Shown piece by piece: positions 36,767 through 49,211 of a stretch of DNA of 64,000 nt. Location: positions 104,782,001-104,846,000 of the forward strand of contig NC_086108.1 of the NCBI RefSeq assembly GCF_963921235.1, given 5' to 3'. Each line of letters opens with the position of its first letter. The stretch's first letter is position 1. Under the pieces are notes generated by a model. That model saw only the letters and a list, made by a program, of their open reading frames with translations. It was not told the DNA's origin and did not search any database. The position numbers and the translations under genes were made by a program. This DNA comes from Mobula hypostoma. Lineage: Eukaryota.

Positions 36767-39700
36767 AGAACATAAAATATAGGAGCAGAATTAGGCCATT
36801 TGGCCCTTCTTAGTCTGTTCTGCTATTTCATCATGGCTGATCCAATTTTCCTCTCAGCCACAATCTCCTGCCTTCTCCACATATCCCTTCATGCCCTGAT
36901 TAATCAAGAATCTATCAACGTCTGCCTTAAATATACAGCTGCTTGTGGCAAAGAATTCCACAGATTCACCACTTTAGCAATAGAAATTCCTCATCTACAT
37001 TACAAAAGGATGCCCCTCTATTCTGAGGCTTGGTCCTCTGGTCTTAGACTCCTCCACTATAGGAAACATCCTCTCCACATTGACTCTATCAAGGACTTTC
37101 ACCATTCAATGGGTTTCATGAGGTCATCCCTCATTCTTCTGAATTTCGGTGAGTACAAGCCCACAGAAATCAAATGTTCTTCATATAACAAGCCGTCCAA
37201 TCCAGGAGTCATTTTCGTGAACCTTCTTTAAGATCCTCTCCTGTTTCAGCACATTCTTTCTAAGATAAGGGGCCCAAAACTGGTCACAATACTATAATTC
37301 TCCCTTCACTTGTGCTTTATAAAGTTTCAAAATTACTTCCCTGCTTTTATATTCTAGTCCTCTAGAAAATAATGCTAACATTGCATTTGCCTTTCTCAGC
37401 ACAAAATCCACCTGCAAATTAACCTTTTGAAAATCCTGTATAACAACTCCCAAGTCCCTATGCACTTCAGATTTTTGTGTTTTCTTTCCATTTAGAAAAT
37501 AGACAAACCTTCTGTTTCTTCCACCAAGGTACATGACCATACATTTCCCGACACTGTATTCCATCTGCCACTTCTTTCCCCATTCTCCTAATTTGTCCAA
37601 CTCCTTTTGTAGCCTGTCTACTTCCTTAAAACTACCTGCCCCTCCACTAATTATCATTGCAACAAAGCCATCAATTCTATTATCTGAATCATTGACATAT
37701 AACCTAAAAAGAATCAATCCCAACACAGACTCCTGTGGAACACCACTAGTCACCAGCAGCCAACCAGCAAAGGCTCCCTTTATTCCCACTCTTTGCCTCC
37801 TGCCAATCATTCACTGCTTTATTCATGCCAGAATCTTTCTTGTAATACCATTGGCTTGAGCTTGTTAAGAAGCCTCATGTGTGGCACTTTGTCAAAGGCC
37901 TTCTGAAAATCCAAGTACACAACATCACTGATACTTCTTTGTCTATCCTGCTTGTTCTAGCAGATCTGTCAGGATAGATTTTCCCTTGAGGAAATCATGC
38001 TGACTATGGCTTGTTTTAACATGCGCCTTCAAGTACCCTGAGACTTTATCCTTAGTAATCGACTCCAACATCTTCTCAACCACTGAGATCACACTAACTG
38101 GCCTATAGTTTCCTTTCTTCTTCCTCTCTCCCTTCTTGAAGAGTGGAGTGACATTTGCAATTTTCCAGTCTTCTGGAACATTTCCAGAATCGAGTAATTC
38201 TTGAAAGATCATTAGTAATGCCGCCATGATTTCTTCAGCCACCTCTTTCAGAACCCTGGGGTGAACACCATCTGGCCCAGGTGACTTAACTACCTTCAGA
38301 CATTTCAGTTTCCCAAGAACCTTTTCTCTAGTAATGGTTCCTTCACACAATTCATGCCCCCTGACACCTAGAACTTCTGCCATACTGCTAGTCTTCCATT
38401 TTGAAGACAGATGCAAAATACTAATTCAGTTCATCTGCTATTTCCTTGTCCCTATTACTACCTCTCCAGCATCATTTTCCAGTGGCCCGATATCTACCCT
38501 CACCTCTCTTTTACATTAATATATGTGAAGAAACTTTTGGCATGCTGTTTAATATTACTGGTTAGCTTACTTTCCTATTCCATCTCTACCTTGTTAATTA
38601 CTTTTTAGTTGCCTTCTGTTGGCTTTTAAAAGCTGCCCAATTCTCAAACTTCCCATTAATTTTTGCTGTATTATATGCCCTCCCTTTGGCTTTTACAAAC
38701 GTACATTGTCTTTGCCTTATCTTATTAGCCATGGTTGTGTCATCTTGTATTTGGAATACTTCATCTTCTTTGGGATATCTATATCCTATGCCTTCTGTAT
38801 TGCTTCCAGAAATACTAGCCATTGCTGCTCTGCCATCATCCTTGCCAGTGTTCTTTTCCAATCAATTCTGGCCAACTCCTCTCACATGCCTCTGTAATTT
38901 CCTTTACTCCACTGTAATACTGATGCATCTGACTTTAGTTTCTGCTTGTCAAATCTCAGGGGAATTCGATTATATTATGGTCACTTTCCCCAAAGGGTTC
39001 TTTTACCTTAAGCTCTCTAATCAATTCAGTTTCATTGCACAACACCTAATCCACAATAGCTGTTCCCATCATGGCTCAACTATGAGCTGCTCTAAAAATC
39101 TATCTTGTAGGCATTCTGGAAATTCCCCCTCTTGGAATCCAGCACCAACCTGATTTTCCCAATCTACCTGCATATTGAAATCCCCCATGACTACTGTAGC
39201 ATTGCCCTTTTGGCATGCATTTTCTATTTCCTGTTGTAATATGTAGGCCACATCCTTACTACTATTTGGGGGTCTGTATATAGTTCCCATCAGGGTCTTT
39301 TTACCCTCGCATTTCCTTAGTTCTGTCCACACTGATTCATCTCCTTCCTTCTGACTCTATGTCATCTGTTTCTTATGATTTGATTTCATTTTTTGACCAA
39401 CAGGTCAATGCTCCCCCCCCCCCACCCCTTGCTTTCTGCCTGTTCTTTCAATCCAATGTGTATCCTTGGACATTAAACTCCCAGCAATATTCTTCTTTCA
39501 GCCACGATTCAGTGATGCCTACAACAGCATACACGCCAATCTGTAGCTGTGTTACAAGTCATCTACTTTATTCCCTATACTGTGCGCATTCAAATATAAC
39601 ACCTTCAGTTCTGTATTTGCCCTTTTTGTTTTGTTTTCCTTTTACGTTGCAACTCATCCTGTTGACTGCAGTTTTGCTCTGTCAACAGTCACTCTTCACT

Positions 39701-41110
39701 ACACAATGCCTCTGTTTGTAAACCAGCTACCTCATCTTCAGCACTGTTATCCACCTTTCCTACAATACTTCCTACATTGAAATATACGCTGCTGATGACA
39801 CTGGTCGCAGCATGCTCAGCCTTTTGATTCCTAACTTTGTCTGAGGATCTACTAACATCTGCCTCCACACCCTCTCCATCAACTGTTCTGGCACTCCGGT
39901 TCCCACCCCCGTGCAACGCTAGTTTGAACCCCACAGTGCAGTATCTTTGTGCTAAGATATCAGTCCCCCTCCATTCCTTCTATCCAGGTCAAACCTTCCC
40001 TGGAAGAGTGCCCAATGATACAGAAACCTTTCACCATCCCTCCTACACCAACTCCTTAACCACGTATTAAGCTGTATAATCTTCTTAGATATAGCCTCAC
40101 TAGCACGTGGCACAGGTAGCAATTCTGAGATCACAATTTAACACCTTACTCCCTCTACTCTGTATGCAGAACCTCATCACTCATGACATTGGTACCTACG
40201 TGGTCCATGACTTTTGGCTGTTCACCCTCCCACTTAGGAATACTGAGGACATGATCCAAGATATCCCAGACACTGGTACCTGGGAGGTAATATACCATCT
40301 GGGAATCTTGTTCTTGCCCACAGAACCCCCTGTCCATTCTACTAACTAACGAATCTGCTATCACCACAGTGTGCCTGTTCTCCCCACTTCCCTTCGGAGT
40401 CACAATGCCAGACACAGTACCAAAGTCCCGACCACTGTGACTTTCCTCTGTTACATCATCCTCCCTGACAGTATCCAAAGTGATATATCTGTTGTAGGGG
40501 GAGACGGCCACAGGGGTACTCTGCACTAGCTCCTTACCCCTTTCTGCTTTCTGACTGTCACCCATTTTCCTTTGTCCTGCACCTTGGGTGTAACTACCTC
40601 TCTATATGACCTATCTATTACCCCCTTAGCCTCCCGAATGATCTGGAGTTCATCCAGTTCAACTTCTTAACGTGGTTTGTTAGAATCTGCAGCTGGATGC
40701 ATGTCTTGCAGTTGTAGTCGTCAGGGACACTGGAGGTCTCCCTGCCTTCCCACATCCCACAAGAGGAGCATTCCAGTATCCTGCCTGGTATCTCTACTGT
40801 CCTAACTGAGTAACATAAAGAAGTGAAGGAGAAAAAGAAACTTAATCTTGAGTTACACACATAAAAGTTGCTGGTGAACGCAGCAGGCCAGGCAGCATCT
40901 ATAGGAAGAGTAACGTCGACTGTACCTCTTCCTAGAGATGCTGCCTGGCCTTCTGCGTTCACCTTTTATGTGTGTTGCTTGAAATTCCAGCATCTGCAGA
41001 TTTCCTCGTGTTTGATAAATCTTGAGCTCTTCTTTTTTTGCTTTCTTAGACTGAAGCCTTTCTTTGCTGAAGCCTTGAAGAGCTAAAGCCTCAAGATCAC
41101 CACTCTGGCT
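36767..41110 (-). mobile_element. near full-length CR1 LINE (ORF1 Zn-finger + SGNH esterase; ORF2 APE + RT), inactivated
   Basis: ORF1 remnants CSSCGMW..C.TC (40618..40962), IADSLV..LPG..HVGTN (40155..40565), LLPVPRAS..LN.WL..WC (39952..40134). APE IYRPPNS..MGDFN (39069..39332). RT 37943..38416 and 37292..37810. 3' tail at about 36767. Confidence 0.9.
40856..41013. mobile_element. fold-back pair of PLE ends inserted in the CR1 5' region
   Basis: cacacataaaag..ggtgaacgcagcaggccaggcagcatctataggaagag is inverted as ctcttcctagagatgctgcctggccttctgcgttcacc..ttttatgtgtg around a central AACGTCGACTG. Confidence 0.75.
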
Positions 41111-41652
41111 TTGTCCACTGAGATGACAGCCACTATGATGATGGCCTGGATATTAAGGCAGCTAGTGCCTGTGATGGAGTTGACTAAGTTTACAACCCTC
41201 TGCAGCTTACTTTGATCCTGTACAATAACCCCCCATTCCCCATGCCAGACAGTGATGCAACCAGTTAGAAAGCTCTCCATGGTATATCTGTGGAAATTTT
41301 CAAGTGCTTTAGGTGACATTTGGCATCTCCTCAAACTTCTAATAAAAAACAGCCACCGCCTGTCTTCTTAAAGTTGTGTCGATATGTTGGGTACAGGTTA
41401 GGTCCTCAGAGATATTGACACCCAGGAACTTGTAATTGCTCACTCTCTACTTCTGATCTCTCTATGAGGACTGGTGTGCGCTCCCTCATCTTTCCTTCTC
41501 TGAGGTCCACAATCAGTTCTTTGAAGACTGAAACCTCCGGAAGAAACTCATGCACAATCTATATGGACAGCACCTGAAATCAGGAATGAACTTGAGCAGC
41601 TAGAACTCGGCCACTCCAGCGGTTCATGCTCTCATTCTTAAGTGACACTTAC

Positions 41653-41821
41653 TTTCTTTGACAGGATGCAGAGAAATATGAAGATGAACATCCCTTGGAA
41701 TGCATTGGAAATGGTGAATAGATATGCTGTCACCATGGTTCCCTTGACAATGTGCAACACCCCGAAAGTCCAGGTAGCACCAAGGAGGAAGAGAAGGGCC
41801 AGGGCACCACGAGCACAAGAC
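41653..41821 (-). CDS. ADGRL4: ADGRL4/ELTD1 penultimate coding exon (169 nt; TM6-TM7)
   Basis: Polypyrimidine tract ctctctcactctgttttccag|G TCT TGT GCT CGT...TCA AAG AAA|gtaagt. Encodes (R)[56 protein letters not shown] (inside ORF 41638..41862). The leading G completes the AG left by the 92-nt exon. Confidence 0.96.
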
Positions 41822-41890
41822 CTGGAAAACAGAGTGAGAGAGTACATTAATTCACCTTCCATGCAGAGTTAGGTCACCCAAACAGACCTA

Positions 41891-42058
41891 CATCTGAGGA
41901 CCAGACTCATCTCAAGAGGGCCAGCCCCACCTGAAGAGGACCATACCAGTCTGAGGAGGTCCAGTCCCATCCCAGGAGGTCCAGTCGCATCTCAGGAGGA
42001 CCAATCCCATCTCAGGTCCATCTATCTCAGGAGGTCCATCTGGTCCTCCTGAGATAGA
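41891..42058. repeat. 20-bp minisatellite (consensus CATCTCAGGAGGACCAGTCC, about 8 units) ending in a 38-nt palindrome
   Basis: Units start at 41891, 41908, 41928, 41948, 41968, 41988, 42008 and 42023. 42021-42058 = TCTATCTCAGGAGGTCCA-TC-TGGTCCTCCTGAGATAGA. Confidence 0.85.
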
Positions 42059-42817
42059 GAATGCCTGAGTATAGCTGTTTAACATGGGAAGGCTGATGTA
42101 CAGGAGGCCATCACATGGTCCTTGACAGATTGGGGTCAGGGTCCAGTGACATGGAATACAAGATGACTGAGGACCCTTCACTGCTGCAGCCTTCCTCCGC
42201 CTTCACTGGCATTGCAATGTGTCATCATCTTCTGCCAGCTCCACCATTGATCTCAGCAGGGCAGGCAGCATCTATGGAAATGAATAGATAGTCTATATGT
42301 TGGGCCTAAACTTTTCTTAAGGACAAAGAAGAAAAGGGTAAGATGCTGGAATAAAAAGGTGATTTTCGTGAAATTTGTTATTGCGCACAGCAGTACAGTG
42401 CAATACATAATAATAAAAATATTCTGTAAGTTACAATAAGAAATATAAATAAATAAACAAGTGGGGTAAAAGGAGAACAGAATAGTAAGGTAGTGTTCGG
42501 AAATATGATAGCAGAAGGGAAGAAATTGTCACTGAAATTTTGAGTATGAGTCTTCAGGTTCCTGTACCCCTTCCCTGATGGTAGAAATCAGAAGAAGGCA
42601 TGTTCTGGGTATTGGGAGATCCCTCTCACCTGTGACTTCCCACCACTTTAGATCCCCGTAAAGCAGGCGGTACTGGTGGGATCCTTAACGATGGAAATAT
42701 GTGGTTAACCATTGAAGATAAACATGAAGTGAATTTTTCTTCTTATCTGAGCATAGTGAATCTTTGAGTCTTTCTCAAACAATGATAGAAATAGTTCTTT
42801 AAGATTTTCAATAGATC

Positions 42818-43248
42818 AGTAGACAATAGGTGCTGGAGTAGGCCATTCAGCCCTTCGAGCCAGCACCACCATTCACTGTGATCATGGCTGATCATCCGCA
42901 ATCCTGCCTTCTCCCCATATCCCTTCACTCGGCTATCTTTAAGAGCTCTATTTAACTCTTTTTTGAAAGAATCCAGAGAATTGGCCTCCACTGCCTTCTG
43001 AGGCAGAGCATTCCACAGAACCACAACCCTCTGTATGAAAAAGTCTTTCCTCAACTCCGTCCTAAATTGTCTACCCCTTACTCTTAAACTGTGGCCTCTG
43101 GTTCTGGACTCCCCCAACATCGGGAACATGTTTCCTGCCTCTAGCGTGTCCAATCCCTTAATAATCTTATATGTTTTAATCAGATCCCCTCTCATCCTTC
43201 TAAATTCCAGTGTATACAACCCCAGTCGCTCCAATCTTTCAACATATG
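42818..43248 (-). mobile_element. CR1 3' part (young)
   Basis: Within ORF 42743..43402: YVERLERLGLYTLEFRRMRGDLI..RTRGHSL..FFIQRVV.LWNALP. Confidence 0.9.
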
Positions 43249-43879
43249 AAATAGCTTTAAAACCAAGGTAGTAATGAGAAGGGGGCATGTCCAGGTGGTG
43301 AGGGTCCTTAATGATGGTCAATTCTTGATAAGGTTGAAGGTTACCACAAATGAAGACCACAATGAAATTAGGCAGGATCTCTTTGAATGGCAGAACAGGC
43401 AAGAGGGACTGACTGGTGTGTTCATACTGCTGATTTATGCATATGTTTGTATGTGTTTAGCTCATCACTGCCTGTGGGAGCTTGCTTGAGGATCCAAATG
43501 GCCTATTCCTGCTCCATTTTCTTCTGTCGCAGTTGTACATATCTTGCCGCTGCATTCCCTCCATTACAACTAAATATTTCATCAGCTGTAAAGTGCTCTG
43601 GGACACACTTGCACTCCTGAAGATGTTTGAGTGTCTGTGATTTTCTCTTTGTCACTGCTCCGAGTTAGCTTGCTGTCACATTTTCTTCATCATTCCCTCA
43701 GGAGAATCTTCTGCTCACCTTGCCTGTCCCTGGTTTTCAGAGTCATAGCAAGAGTCACCGCACTGACGCAGTCCCTTCAGCCCATTGAGTCTATGCTGAC
43801 CGTCAGCCAGGTAGCCTTCCAGGTTCTACCCCTCACCTAAACACTAAAGACACTAAATTTGAGTTTATTGTCATACCTC

Positions 43880-44568
43880 CCGGGAGCGGGGAGAAGATGG
43901 CGGTGCGACAACAGCGTGTGTGACCACTTCGGTGGTGATGTCTGTTATCTGTCAAGTAGGGGACCGTGCACAATCCTGATTTGATGGAGACAGACGTGAG
44001 AACACGGAGGAACATCTGGAAAACTTCTGAAATGCCTGCTTTGCTGCCGCTGCTACTGTGTGGTAACCAGAATCTCCGGAGCTGAGGGCCTTGAAATCCT
44101 CGGCTTTGTGTGTTTCAGCGGCTGGGGAGAGGTCGAAGGCGCTCGGCAGAGGATGGCTCTCGGGAGGCTGTATCGGAAGGCTGCTCGGAAGCTCGGAGTT
44201 TTCGGATGGATGGACTCAGTGCTGGCTGTGGTCGGGTGCTTTCAAGGTATCGGTAAGTTGACGGTGCCTGGAGGTTTATGGCAGGGAGTTTCTCCCTTTT
44301 GCCGCTGTTATCAGGGACTCGGGAGTCGATCGACTTGGGACTTTGAGTCTTTTTTTTACTGTGCTTATGGACTGTTCTTCATCAAATTATGGTATTGCTT
44401 TGCACTGCTGTAACTATATGTTATAATTATGTGGTTCTGTCAGTGTTAGTCTTTGGTCTGTCCTGTTCTCTGTGATATCACTCCGGAGAAATATTGTATC
44501 ATTTCTTAATGCATGCATGCATTTCTAAATGACAGTAAAAGAGGACTGAGTGTTCTCATAATAATAAT
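43880..44568 (+). mobile_element. non-coding LINE-derived (probably Rex/Babar) non-autonomous retroposon
   Basis: GC/CpG-rich 5' part starting with AAGATGGCG and an AT-rich 3' part ending aaatgacagtaaa...(ata)n. It interrupts an oppositely oriented Rex-type 3' end. No credible ORF. Confidence 0.5.
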
Positions 44569-45038
44569 GTAAGAGTAGGTGTGTGTACAAGTGCAGTGAA
44601 AAACCTACTTGCAGTAGCATCACATAAGCAGTATCCACAAAAGAAAACATAAGTGAAACAAATTTTACAAGAAAGAACACTGTTAGAACAATAAAAGCAT
44701 ATCCTCTGTAGTGCAAAGTGATCATGTTGCTGCTGTACTGAGATAATTAGAGTTGTACAGGTTGTTTCAATAATCAAATGGTGGAAGGGAAATAGCTGCT
44801 CCTGAACCTGGTGGTGTGGGACTTCAGGCTTCTGCAGTGTAGTTTTTAAAGTACATTTATTATTAAAGTATGTATGCGTTATACAACCCTGAGATTTGTC
44901 TTCCCACAGACATCCACAGAACAAAGCAGCCAGTTAATTGACTGAACCGTACATTTCTGGAATTTAAAAAAAAAATTGTTTCGAGATGCAGCATGGACCA
45001 GGCACCTTTGGGCCCACCACCCAGCAACCCACCTATTT

Positions 45039-45334
45039 TAAAGGCATCCGTTAGTCTTGCGAGACCATGGATCTGCAGCTGGAAAGTCTTCACTCTCCAG
45101 GGCGCAGGCCTGGACAAAGTTGTATGGAAGACCAGCAGTTGCCCATGCTGCAAGTCTCCCCTCTCCATGACACCAATGTTGTCCAAGGGAAGGGCATTAG
45201 GACCCGTACAGCTTGGCACCAGTGTTGTCGCAGAGCAACGTGTGATTAAGTGCCTTGCTCAAGGACACAACACGTCTCGGCTGGTGCTCGAACTCACGAC
45301 CTTCAGATCGCTAGCCTTAACCGCTTGGCCACAT
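45039..45334 (-). mobile_element. tRNA-headed CORE-like SINE inserted in a V-SINE
   Basis: Same family as 36183; TSD acccacctattt (45027-45038, 45335-45346). Confidence 0.85.
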
Positions 45335-46259
45335 ACCCACCTATTTAACACTAGGCTAATCACAGGACAATTACAATGACCAATTAACCTACTACCCAGT
45401 ATGCCTTTGGATTGTGGGAGGAAACCAAATCACCAGAGGAAACCCATACAAACACCTTACAGAGGACAGCAGAATTGAAGTCTAAACTCTGATGGCCCGA
45501 GCTGGAAAAGCATCACACTAACTGCTTCACTACCATGGCGCCTCCATGTGTGAGTGATTGAATACGTGGAGAGGATGTTTCAATAGACAATAGACAATAG
45601 GTGCAGGAGTAGACCATTCAGCCCTTCGAGCCAGCACCGCCATTCACTGTGATCATGGCTGATCATCCACAATCAGTATCCAGTTCCTGCCTTATCCCCA
45701 TAACCTTTGATTCTGCTATCTTTAAGAGCCCTATCCATCTCTTTGTTGAAAGCATCCAGAGACTTGCCCTCCACTGCATTCTGGGGCAGAGCATTCCACA
45801 TATCCACCACTCTCTGGGAGAGTATAGTTTTCTATAGTAGGGAGACTAGGACCAGAGGGCACAGCTCAGGATACAAAGACATCACTTTAGAACAGAGATG
45901 AGGAGGAATTTCTGGTGCTAGGGGGTGGTGAATCTCTGGAATTCATTGCCACAGATGACTTTGGAGGCCAAGTCATTGGGTATATTTAAAGTGGAGGCTA
46001 ATATGTTCTTTATTAGTAAGGATGTTAAAGTTTACAGGGAGAAGGCAGGAGAATGCGTTTGAGAATGATAATACAGTAGTGGAGTAGACTTGATATGTCA
46101 AATGATCTAGTTCTGCTCCTATGCCTTATGGTCTTATGAATCAAGAGTGCCAGGAGAAAAGCCTGCAGTCATAGGGGAGGTTGTACTAAATCTGATAGTG
46201 TCATTGGTGAGAATTGAATCTGGGTCTCTGATGTTATGAGGCCGCCGCTCAACCATCAA

Positions 46260-46802
46260 TTACTGGAAGTTCAAGAAATCAATGTTCATGCCATCAGCAT
46301 GGAGCCTACTCAAATGGAATATAATGTGATGTTCCTCCACCCTCATTGCAGCAGTATAGGCCATGGATTGACATATCGGAATGGGAATGGGAAGTGGAAT
46401 TAAAATGGGGCACAAATATCAATTTCTCAAACTTTTAGAGATTGCCCCCTCCTCCTTCACCATTCCCCATTCCCTTTTCCTTCACTCACCTCATCTCCTT
46501 ACCTGCCCATCACCTCCCTCTGGTGCTCCTCCCCCTTCCCTTCCTTTCATGGTCTTCTATCAGATTCCCCCTTCTCCAGCTTTATACATCTCCCAACTTT
46601 ATACACCTCCCGCTCCCTTCTCCCAGTTTCACCTATCACCTGCCACCTTGTACTTCTTCCTCCCCTCCCCCCACCTTCTTACTCTGACTTCTCCACTTCC
46701 TTTCCAGCTCTGATGAAGGGTCTCAGGCCGAAACATTGACTCTTTACTCTTTTCCATGGATGCTGCCTGGCCTGATGAGCTCCTCCAGCATTTTGTGTGT
46801 GC
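46260..46802 (+). mobile_element. Penelope-like 3' end with inverted 5' segment
   Basis: 46260-46412 is the GIY-YIG C-terminus on the minus strand; 46415-46802 is the plus-strand end with a pyrimidine tract and hammerhead motif (46705-46742). Confidence 0.75.
46705..46742 (+). ncRNA. minimal hammerhead ribozyme motif (PLE-borne, decayed)
   Basis: CAGCT-CTGATGA-A-GGGTCTCAGGCC-GAAA-C-ATT-GACTC. Confidence 0.5.
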
Positions 46803-49211
46803 TTCATGTTTGTATTTGCAGTTGCCTTTTGCACACTGGTTCAACACCCATGTTGGTGCAGTCTCTCATTGATTCCGTTATGGTTATTATTCTATGGATT
46901 TATTGAGTATGCCCGCAAGAAAATGCATCGCAGGGTTGTATCTGGTGACATATATGTACTTCGATAATAAATTTACTTTACACTTTGAAAAGTATGCAGA
47001 CATGCTCGAGTGGTTCAGTTCAGACCAAACATCAGAATGTGGAAGAAATGTGACCGAAGTCACTTTAACTGTGGAATAATTTCTAGTGTCAGATGGAGTG
47101 TTCGAGTATCTCAGAAGTTTCCTGGGATTTTCACGCTCAACAGTCTCTTGAGTTTACAGAGAACAGTGCAAAAGCAAAAAAAGATCCAGTCAGCGGCAAT
47201 TTTATTGTTGTAAGTGCCTTGTTAATGAGAGAGGTCAGAGGAGAATGGCCAGACTGGTTCAAGTTGACAGGAAGATGACAGTAATTCAAATAACTACTTG
47301 CTACAACAGTGGTGTGCAGAAGAGCACCACTGAATACACAAAATATCAAACCTCGAAGTGGATGGGCTACAGCAGCAAAAATCCCCAAACATACACTCAG
47401 TGGTCACTTTATTAGTTACTGAAGGTACTTAATACAGTGGCACTGAATGTATGTTCAATCCGTTCTCCAGCTGCCTGCATACTTGCAAGGTGGGTTTAGT
47501 TGAATTACACAGTGTCACTTGGAGCGTAGAGGCAATTCATCACTGGGGAATAATTAGCTTTCAGTGTTAGTAGAGCTGTGTCATTGTTCCCTTTGGAAGC
47601 CAGTGTATATTACTGGGAGTGAAGGGAAAAAACTGATTGTTGACTTTGCGTTTTCAGGGACAATCCCTTCCTGATCCTGACGTCGGAGGATATGCCTTTG
47701 GTGAGATTTAGAAAGTGCTTGTGCAGCACGACAGGGTTGGGCAAACTGGAAACTTTGGTAACTAGGGACCACAGTAGTGTAGTAGTTAGCACGACCCTGT
47801 TACAGAGCATTCTGGAGTTTGGAGCTCAATTCTAGTGCCATCCACAAGGAGTTTGTATGTTCTCCCTGTGACTGCGTGGGTTGTCTCCAGATGCACCGGT
47901 TTCTCCCACAGTCCAAAGATTGGCCATTCAAATTGTCCTGTGATTAGGCTAGTGTTAAATAGGTGGGTTGCTGGACGGTAAGGTTCATGGGGCTGGAAGG
48001 GCCTGTTCTGTACTGTATCTCTGAAGGAGCCTTACCCCTTTCCAATGCAACGATCGGCTGCTTCACGTCAGATTCAATAATTAAATGTAAAGATTGGCTT
48101 TACTTGAGACAAATACAATACACTGAAATACACAATGCACCATTTGCATCAATGACTAACACTGTCTGAGCATGTGTGCAGGGGCAGCCCGTGGTTTTGA
48201 CACAAACCTTGCGAGCCTACAACTTACCAACCCCAACCTTTATGTCTTTGGAATGTGGGAGGAAACCCACACGGTCACACAGAGAACATACAAATTCCTT
48301 TCCAACAATGGCAGGAATTCAAGTTCAAGTTTATTGTCATTCAACAAAACACATATATACAGCTAAATAAGACATCATTCCTCTGGGGTCAAGATGCAAA
48401 ACACATTTATTCAGCCACAGACGCAACTGAACCCAGAATTGAAACCTGATCAGTGATCAATAGCACTGTAACCCATTGTGCTAACCGCTACACTACCAAA
48501 CTCCCTCTGAACTAAACTGAAGCATTTCCATGAGTTGAGGTGACGCTGTCCTTTGTGTTGGTCCCTCCATTTCTGAATCGTCACAGCCACCTATTGTCTT
48601 CGATTGTCTATCTCTTGAACCACTGCCTATTGAACAGTGAAGTCGGGAATCCACACCATCCAAGCACCACATTACTGCTTTGTAGATTAAATTCTAATAC
48701 ACTTTCCTCATTGTCTTATGAAAGAATCGTCTTTATTACATACAGACTCACACTTTGCAATATTACGAGACTTGTTATTGACCACCCACTAACAAACCAC
48801 ACTATTTGTTAAACCATAAAGTCAACCTCTCACAATATGCGACTACACTATCTATTGAAATTTGGGAATAAACCAGATACTGTATTATGGAGCCACCCTG
48901 TCTATTGTGCTAATTAATGTACTTGTCTATTCATCTTCATGCTGTGACCTGGTTTACATGTTGTGCAGACCTTGGTGGAGTGATGGAGGCTGAGAGGGAA
49001 TCTGATAGAGGTTTATAAAATTATGAGAAGCATAGACAGAGTAGATAGACAATATATATTTCCAAGGGTTGAAATGTTTAATACTAGAGGCATGCATTCA
49101 AGATGACATAGGGTAATTTCAAAGATGTGAGGGGCAAGTTGCTTCTTTACACAGAGATTGATGGGTGCCTAGAAAATGCTATATGCCTGGAGTGGTGGTA
49201 GAGGCAGATAT

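Noticed and set aside
41891..42058. Regularly spaced repeats as a possible CRISPR array
   Set aside because: Units are head-to-tail with no unique spacers, there are no cas genes, and the context is a vertebrate intron.
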